DNA of 9,515 nt, from positions 1 to 9,515 of the forward strand of contig NW_021827951.1 of assembly GCF_006345805.1 (NCBI RefSeq), written 5' to 3'. The stretch is from Octopus sinensis. Its lineage: Eukaryota. Shown here piece by piece: positions 1 through 6,837 of the stretch. A program made the position numbers and the translations under genes. The notes below the pieces were generated by a model. The model had not been told where the DNA came from, searched no databases, and saw only the letters and a list, made by a program, of their open reading frames with translations. Position 1 is the first letter of the stretch. The number at the start of each line of letters is the position of its first letter.

Positions 1-950
1 TTCGTGTTGTTGCTATTTTCGTTGTTTGGTTTTCTATATTGAATATTGTTGATAACAACCGTAAGTTTAACACTTTATATTTGTTTTATAGAAAAAGGTA
101 TTGTGTTGTTGATTGATACAATAGATAGACTAAAGTACACTATGTACGTATGTGTCTAACTTATTTCCAAATATCTTCACTTCCCTTCACTAAACATGTC
201 TAATCACCTCTCCAGCATCAGCAGAATGCCATTGTTATCTTTTGTCTTTATTTCAATGAAATCTTTGAGGAAGAATTTATTCAAAAACAAAACATAAAAT
301 AATACCCCACCCCTACCAAAATAATGCATGATATACATCAAATCAGAAAGCGAGTGATTACGTCACATCCTGTTCCGGTACGTATACACATTGTATTGAA
401 ATGGATTGATCTTGCTCATACGTCAGTCATGATAGAATTGTGAACTAAGAAATAAAGTCACACTTCGCTTACATGCTACAACAGCATGAAATAAACAAAC
501 TTTTGTATCCTTATTCCTTTAACTATTGAACTCCGTTCTCATTTCTGTAGTTCATTAACGTCACTTTGATTTAAATTTAATTATTCAAATACATATGAAT
601 CCAATGATAATTCCTCCGACAAATTTTCTCTTTCTATTTGTAACAGGATTTCGTTTACATACATAGGGAAAGATTACAAATACTTACTCCTCATCCGGAT
701 GTCTATCTGTTCATGCTTATAACAAAAGGAATATTTAGGAAAATAGATTGCGTGTCTTGTACAGAAAAATTTCAATATCGAAAGAACAAAAAGAATATTT
801 TATTTCGTTATTCAATATATTTATTTATTTTTGCAGAAACCAAAAATGTCACTAATAGAACGATCACCTGGCAAGCAACAGGTGTGGGATTCATTATTCA
901 AAGAGAAATCTGTTCTTTCCTATTAAGCTAGCACTTCAGACCACATGTAG

Positions 951-1051
951 GTATGTGTTTGTGTTTGTGCTATTGTGTTTGTGTTTGTTCCACCTTCCCA
1001 CTGATTAAGAACCGTTGTCGGTTTGTGGATGTTCCCTTAACATAGCAGTTC
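951..1051 (+). mobile_element. Degenerate internal fragment of an older SINE (GT-rich linker plus ...GTTCCCTTAACATAGCAGTTC)
   Basis: Resembles from memory the TGTGTTTGTCCCCC...ACGTCCCCGTAACTTAGCGGTTC segment of a common octopus SINE. No Pol III boxes are visible in this fragment and the match is recalled, not aligned. Confidence 0.4.
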
Positions 1052-1084
1052 ATTTAACCAGTTATTATTGCTAACATGTTGGAT

Positions 1085-1310
1085 AGCAGCGAGCTGGCAG
1101 TATCGCTAGCGCACCGGACGAAACGCTTAGCGGTATTTCGTCTGTCTTCACATTCTGAGTTCAAATTCCGCCGAGATCGATTTTGCCTTTCATCATTTCA
1201 GGGTCGAAAAATTAAGTACCAGTGAAACACTGGGGTCGATGTAATCGACTATACCCCTCCCTCAAAATCTCAGGCCGTGGGTCTATAGTAAAAAGGATAA
1301 TAATAATAAC
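1085..1310 (+). mobile_element. tRNA-derived SINE, copy 1 of a tandem trio
   Basis: Head AGCAGCGAGCTGGCAG (A-box-like TGGCAGTATCG), B-box-like GAGTTCAAATTCC at 1157-1169, body AAGTACCAGTGAAACACTGGGGTCGATGTAATCGACT and a (TAA)n tail at ~1298-1310. Colinear with the copy starting at 1317. Confidence 0.85.
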
Positions 1311-1316
1311 TATTAA

Positions 1317-1580
1317 GGCGGTGAGCTGGCAGAACTGTTAGCATGCTGGGCAAAATGCTTAGCAGCATTTCATCTATCTTTACGTTCTGAGTTCAAATTC
1401 CGAGAAGGTTCGCTTTGCTTTTCATCCTGCCAGGGTCGATAAAATAAGTACCAGTGAAACACTCGGGTCGATGTTATCTACTTGTCCTCTCCCGCAAAGC
1501 ATCAGACCTTGTGTCTTTACTAGAACTGATTATTATTATTATTATTATTATTTTATTATTATTATTATTATCATCATCAT
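1317..1580 (+). mobile_element. tRNA-derived SINE, copy 2, with (TTA)n/(TCA)n tail
   Basis: Head GGCGGTGAGCTGGCAG, B-box-like GAGTTCAAATTCC at 1389-1401, AAGTACCAGTGAAACACTCGGGTCGATG, and a (TTA)n tail at ~1529-1570 changing to TCA. Aligns by eye along its length to 1085-1310. Confidence 0.85.
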
Positions 1581-1587
1581 ATCTTCA

Positions 1588-1786
1588 GGCGGCGTAGTGG
1601 CAGGCTCCTTAGCACGTTAGGTGCAATACTTAACTTAGTAAGTTCGTCCGTCTTTGCGTTTTGAGATCAACTTCGTATTTCGTCTTTTCGTAGCCGATAA
1701 CATAAACACACGTTGAGCGCTGGGGTCGATGTAATCGACTTAACTCCTTCGTGAACTTGCTAGCCTTCTTCCAAATTTTGAAACCG
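1588..1786 (+). mobile_element. Degenerate, internally deleted third SINE copy with a different 3' end
   Basis: Head GGCGGCGTAGTGGCAG, TTCGTCCGTCTTTGCGTTTTGAGATCAA (cf. TTCGTCTGTCTTCACATTCTGAGTTCAA in copy 1), and CTGGGGTCGATGTAATCGACT at 1720-1740 identical to copy 1. Ends ...CCAAATTTTGAAACC. Confidence 0.7.
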
Positions 1787-1800
1787 TCATTAGTAATTTG

Positions 1801-1900
1801 TTTGAAAACAAGTACTGAGAGCAATTCGTTCAAATAACTTTCTTTGAACGCCGTGCCCCAGTATGGCCGCTGTCTAGTGACTGTTACAAATAAGATATAA
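1801..1900 (+). mobile_element. 3' fragment of an older SINE (...GCCGTGCCCCAGTATGGCCGCTGTCTAGTGACTG...)
   Basis: Resembles from memory the GGCGGTGCCCCAGCATGGCCGCAGTC..TGACTGAAAC 3' end of a common octopus SINE. GC-rich patch in AT-rich context; not aligned. Confidence 0.45.
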
Positions 1901-2010
1901 GGTTTAAACAACAAATAGAACATTCCTCATAATAGATCTGGTCTTGTGTTTCTGACCTGTAGTTAGACACTAGTGCCCAAACCAGTTCTACGGCTGGAGC
2001 TCTTATGCTT

Positions 2011-2325
2011 TTGTTGTTTGTTCCTTCTCGAGCCATGCCTGGCTCATGATGAGGCCGGTTTTCCGGTTACATTGGCGTATAGGTTGTCCACCTGAACTGG
2101 GACGGGACGCCGGTCCGTCGCAGGTCAGCGGCTAGGGACAGGAGGAAAAAGTGTGAGGAAGTAGTGGTGAAAGAGTCAGCAGAATTTCGCCATTACCTTC
2201 TGCCGGAGCCGCGTGAAGCTTAGGCGTTTCGCTCTTAAACACACACATCACCTTGTCTGAGATTCGAACCCACGATCCCTCGACCGCGAGTCCGTTGTTG
2301 TAACCACTAGGCCATCTGCATCCAC
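2011..2325 (-). mobile_element. Full-length tRNA(Arg)-like SINE
   Basis: The minus strand begins GTGGATGCAGATGGCCTAGTGGTT (A box TGGCCTAGTGG), has an anticodon-arm-like GGACTCGCGGTC (TCG) and a B box GGTTCGAATCT. A GC-rich body follows, ending in an ACAAACAACAA tail at 2011-2021. Confidence 0.85.
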
Positions 2326-2645
2326 TAGTAGTATTATAACTACCAATAAAACCATGACAACAACAACAATAACGACAACAGCAGCGAATTTCTTTTTAAA
2401 CGAGAACTCAGCCGCGGAATGATGAGTACGACTGAGTTTATGTGACTAAATATATTTGAATAATTTATTGATTAACAACCTAATTAAAATTGCTATCGTA
2501 CGTTGATGATTTGTGCAATGTAATTATAGTTAACTAAGAAGGATTCCCCTGCCATGAATATAATAAAAGAAATAGAAGAAAAATTAAACAAAAGAAGGTG
2601 AGAATGAATGGGGCGAAACGAAAGATGTAAGAAAAGAATACAGGA

Positions 2646-3300
2646 AGTGTGTGTGTGCATGTGTGTGCGTATGTGTGTGTGTGTGTGCGTGTGTGTGTAC
2701 GTGTGTATGTACGTGTGTGTATGTGTGTTTGTGTATGCGTGTGTGTGTATTGCACGTAAATCAGCGTGTGGTTGTGTACATGTGTGTAGTTGTGAATTTT
2801 TTTGTCTGCATGTGTTTGTTTGTTTGTCTGTATGTAGGTATGTGTTGTTGTGTGTGTGTTTGTGTGTGTGTGTGTAACCGCCGAGTAAGTGGGTTGCGTG
2901 GCTTTGTATGGAAAGTGTGTAGTCGTCTGGATATATATTTGTGTGTATGCGTGTGTGCGAATGTGTGTGCGCGCGTATGTGTATGCGTGTGTGTGAATGT
3001 GTGTGTATGTGTTTGTGTGTGTGTGTGTGTATCTTGAGAATAAGTGTGTTGTGTGGTTATGTATGAAAGTGTGTAGACGCCTAGGTATGTGTGTGTATGT
3101 GAATGTGTGTTTGTCTATGTGGAAGCATGTGTGTGAATGTGTGTATGTGTGTGTGTGTGTGTATCTTCCGAGTGAGTGTCTTGTGTGGTCTTGTATGAAA
3201 GTGAGGGTTGTCTAACTATAGGTATGTGTGTGTGTGTGTGTGCGTGTGTGTGAATGTGTGTGTGTGTTGTGCATGCGTGTGTGCTTGTAGGTGTGTGCAG
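2646..3300. repeat. Imperfect (GT)n microsatellite tract with embedded ~60 bp higher-order repeat cores
   Basis: GT dinucleotide runs directly visible, interrupted by related cores at ~2746, 2874, 3029 and 3161. Confidence 0.95.
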
Positions 3301-3359
3301 CAGAAAGAACAAAACACAACTGTGTCGAAAAGACGGAGCAAAAACAATTAAAAGAGAAA

Positions 3360-3495
3360 TATATGACGGTGATGGCGTTGATGATGATGATGATAGCATC
3401 GACGACGGCAATGATAATGACAACGAAGAGGATGGCGATGAACGATGAGAACGAGGAGGATGAGGGTGAGAAGGTGAGTCATGTTGATGAATGAA
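3360..3495. repeat. Degenerate (GAT/GAC)n trinucleotide repeat
   Basis: GATGATGATGAT, GACGACG, GATAATGAC and GAGGAGGATGAG runs. Confidence 0.8.
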
Positions 3496-3516
3496 CAAAC
3501 AAAAAGATAGGAAAGA

Positions 3517-3616
3517 ATGGAAGGCGCGAAAGGAAGAAGGAGAAGGAGAAAGAGTAGTAGAAGAAGAAGAAGAAGAAGAAGAAGAAGAAGAAGAAGAAGA
3601 AGCAGAAGACGAAGAT
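3517..3616. repeat. (GAA)n polypurine tract including perfect (GAA)14 at 3560-3601
   Basis: Directly visible. Confidence 0.95.
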
Positions 3617-3642
3617 GGATAATAATAATATTAATAATAATG

Positions 3643-3704
<62 letters not shown>

Positions 3705-3826
3705 GATAATAATAATAATAATAATAAAATAATAATAATAATAATAATAATAACAATAACAAAATAATAATAATAAAATATAATAATAATAAATAATAAT
3801 AAAATATAATAATAATAATAATAATA
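3617..3826. repeat. (TAA)n/(TGA)n trinucleotide microsatellite
   Basis: Directly visible long AAT run with GAT and AAC variants. Confidence 0.95.
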
Positions 3827-4051
3827 GGAAGGAGAAGGAAAAGAGAAGTGGGAAGCGGAAAAAAGAGTGAGGAGGAGGAGGAAGAGCAGAAGGAGGCGGT
3901 GGAGAAGATGAATGAAAAAGGAAGAGAAAAAATAAGAGGAGGAAGAAGAAAATTAGGAAGAAAGGAAGATGAATGAAAGGAAGAAGAGGAAGTAAGAGGT
4001 TAAGAAGAAGGAGAAGAAGAAGAAGAAGTAGAAGAACAAAAAGAGGAAGGA

Positions 4052-4097
<46 letters not shown>

Positions 4098-4335
4098 GAG
4101 AAGCAGGAGAAGCAGGAGGAGAATGAGGAGAAGCAGGAGGAGAAGGAGGTGAAGAAGGAGAAGAAGAAGAAGAAGAAGGAGAAGAAGAGAAGGATAAGTA
4201 GGAGAAGAAGAAGAGGAGGAAAAAAGGGAGAAGGAGGAGAAGAAGAAGAAGAAAGAGGTGGAGCAAGGAGAAGAACAACAACAAGAGGAAGAACAAGAAC
4301 AAGAATAACAAGAACAAGAAGGAAAGGAGAGAGCA
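3827..4335. repeat. (GAA/GGA)n polypurine low-complexity tract grading into (GAA/CAA)
   Basis: Almost entirely A/G on the + strand; CAA variants appear from ~4270. Confidence 0.95.
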
Positions 4336-4534
4336 AGAAGTTGAAGAATGAAACGAACATAGGTAGAGAATGTCAACTGAAATAGTTTGATTAATTTAAA
4401 CATTTTCGAAATTGATCAAGGAGAAAATTAGGAATCAAGAAATTAAAAATAAACAAAAACAACAACGAAAACAATAACAACAAAATAACAAACCAATAAA
4501 AATAAAAAAACTGAAAGGGAATAAACAATAGGAG

Positions 4535-4572
4535 CAGCAGCAGCAGCAGCAACAACAACAACAACAACGACG
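4535..4572. repeat. Compound (CAG)5(CAA)6(CGA)n microsatellite
   Basis: CAG x5 at 4535-4549, CAA x6 at 4550-4567, then CGA. Confidence 0.9.
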
Positions 4573-4619
4573 AGAAGAAAGAATAAGGGAAAAACAAAAG
4601 AAATTCCATCTTTGTATGT

Positions 4620-4837
4620 TTGTGTTATATATACACATACATAGATACATACATAATACGTACATATATGCATATATATATATATATATACACTCATAAA
4701 ACGTTTATATATATATATATATATATATACATACATATATCTACGTATATATAGACGCATAATATATGTATAAATATACGCATATATATATACATACATA
4801 TACCTTTATATGTGTGTGTGTATATATGTATATATAC

Positions 4838-4879
<42 letters not shown>

Positions 4880-5030
4880 ATATATGCATGCATCTATCTC
4901 TCTCTCTTACCTCTCTCTCTTTCTCACGGATATATATATATATATTATATATTACAAATATATACAAATAGATACAAATAATATATATTATATATATATA
5001 CATACACACACACAAACGTGCGTGTGTGCA
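4620..5030. repeat. Imperfect (TA)n tract with (CA), (GT) and (CT) islands; perfect (AT)18 at 4841-4876
   Basis: Directly visible. Confidence 0.95.
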
Positions 5031-5721
5031 TATATGAATGGAAGTATATACGTACAGATGGATCTATTTGAACTTTTACAGTAAGCGGGACACAATTCAA
5101 GTTTATTGTAGGAAACGAATTGGAAGTCAATGACACTGAAGAAACATTTAAGGAAAGAGAAGAAGCGAGGAAGAACTATATTAGCGAAAGAGGCAGTTTA
5201 TAACGAGCGATTTATTTTGAGTGTTCTTGTTGCTGGTAGACTTCGTATTTATCTAAATATTTAGGTCGAACACCGAATATTAAAGTGACTACCTTTAATT
5301 CCGAGACGTTTAATATAGATTTTTCTCTATGGTACTTTTATTGTGTGAGGAATTAGTTATGGATATGTGAATCGAATATATTAAACATTCATTAAAATGG
5401 GAAATGGTTAGTACTACCAAACTTTATAAAATAGAGGAAGAAAGCTGCAATTTCTGCCGAGAGGAATTATACCAAATATTTACTCCGCAAAATAAATTAG
5501 TTAACAATAGACTAGAAAGAAGTTTAATTGCTTACACAAACGTTTTCTTTTTTTAGAAATTTAAATAATAGAATGCATTAATTAATACAATCACAATAAA
5601 CGTCTTTTCTCTAAACATAGCTATAATAACGATAATAATAAAGTAGCATATAAAGAATAGAAGAACAGAATTCGATTTATAAGATTATATATATAATATA
5701 ACCAAAAAAGCACTTTACAGC

Positions 5722-5755
5722 AATAATAATAATAATATAATAATAATAATAATAA
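5722..5755. repeat. (AAT)n microsatellite
   Basis: AATAATAATAATAATATAATAATAATAATAATAA. Confidence 0.85.
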
Positions 5756-6176
5756 GTTAGAACAATAAAAACACTGCCTACTTCTTTTAATTACCACGTG
5801 GTTCTTACTATCTAGTAATTATCCACTACTACTATTAATAATTTTTACAAATACTCAAATAAAATAATTAACTCTGCAATCCATCAAAAAGCCATGTGAC
5901 TCTATTGTATGTAGAATCAATAAAAAGTCAAACAAAGAATGGTATTCTATAAATAACCACTCTGCAGCTAGTCAAGCTTAAGAAACACTGATGCTGCTGG
6001 ATTTTCCCCTAACAATCAGGTGAAGAAAGCAGCTCATGGTTTACTATTATTACTAAGCGTAATTCTAACTAATAGTGGAGGTAAATTCCCAGTTGAACAA
6101 TGGCAGAATTATATACCCTGAATAGATCGTACTAATAATGTTTTTCCTTCGGGTTCGAAGATGACCATTGACATCA

Positions 6177-6233
6177 TTTAGTGGTACTAATGATCGTACT
6201 AATACTTTGGTGGTACTAATGATCGTACTAATA
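6177..6233 (+). repeat. 29 bp tandem repeat, 2 copies (left arm of palindrome)
   Basis: TTTAGTGGTACTAATGATCGTACTAATA (6177-6204) followed by CTTTGGTGGTACTAATGATCGTACTAATA (6205-6233). Confidence 0.95.
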
Positions 6234-6751
6234 ATGCATAAATCGTTGCGTATAAATATGCGTATAAATATCCGAAACACGTGTCGGATGATTATTATGA
6301 ATAAAGTAAATGGAAATAATCATAAAGTTTGAATGGTCAAATTAATCATTCCTTTTATTCTCAATATTATACATCACACTCTAAGTTGCCTAGGAATAAA
6401 ATGTAACATCGGATGAGAACTAATGGAAGTTTACCAGGAAAACAGAAAACGCAGCATCTGAAGGAACCAGTTTTGGCATTTTACTCAGAGAAATTCGGTA
6501 TCTGAGTAAAATGCCAAAACGGTTCCTTCAGATGCTGCGTTTTCTGTTTTCCTGGTAAACTTCCATTAGTTCTCATCCGATGTTACATTTTATTCTAGGC
6601 ACTTAGAGTGTGATGTATAATATTGAAATAAGAGGAATGATTAATTGACCATTCAAACTTTATGATTATTTCCATTTACTTTATTCATAATAATCATCCG
6701 ACACGTGTTTCGGATATTTATACGCATATTTATACGCAACGATTTATGCAT

Positions 6752-6837
6752 TATTAGTACGATCATTAGTACCACCAAAGTATTAGTACGATCATTAGTA
6801 CCACCAAAGTATTAGTACGATCATTAGTACCACCAAA
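6752..6837 (-). repeat. 29 bp tandem repeat, 3 copies (right arm of palindrome)
   Basis: TATTAGTACGATCATTAGTACCACCAAAG at 6752-6780 and 6781-6809, plus 28 of 29 nt at 6810-6837. Confidence 0.95.

Noticed and set aside
713-931. 72 aa plus-strand ORF as a single-exon gene
   Set aside because: Its middle (KKNILFRYSIYLFIF) is AT-rich intron-like sequence and no family is recognised; only 837-881 is kept as a candidate exon.
1630-1923. 97 aa minus-strand ORF
   Set aside because: Antisense to SINE remnants; no recognisable protein motif.
2250-2325. Possible tRNA-Arg gene on the minus strand (similarly 7600-7672 and the heads at 1085 and 1317)
   Set aside because: A and B boxes are present but there is no paired acceptor stem or oligo-T terminator, and the sequence continues into a SINE body.
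2534-3732. Overlapping ORFs rich in VC, HT, D, R or I
   Set aside because: Translations of (GT)n, (GAT)n, (GAA)n and (TAA)n microsatellites.
3348-4403. 351 aa minus-strand ORF
   Set aside because: Poly-L/S/I/F translation of the complement of (GAA)/(TAA) repeats; stops are absent only because of composition.
3953-5136. Poly-K/E/F/C and YI-repeat ORFs, including a possible polyQ from (CAG)(CAA)
   Set aside because: Low-complexity artefacts; no open non-repetitive context or splice signals around the CAG/CAA run.
5972-6121. Short open frame SSLRNTDAAGFSPNNQ... with possible AG|GTGAAG donor at 6020
   Set aside because: Weak acceptor, phase 0 does not fit the other candidate exons, and no homology is recognised.
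6752-6837. 29 bp repeats as a CRISPR array
   Set aside because: Units are directly adjacent with no unique spacers, the context is eukaryotic, and there are no cas genes.
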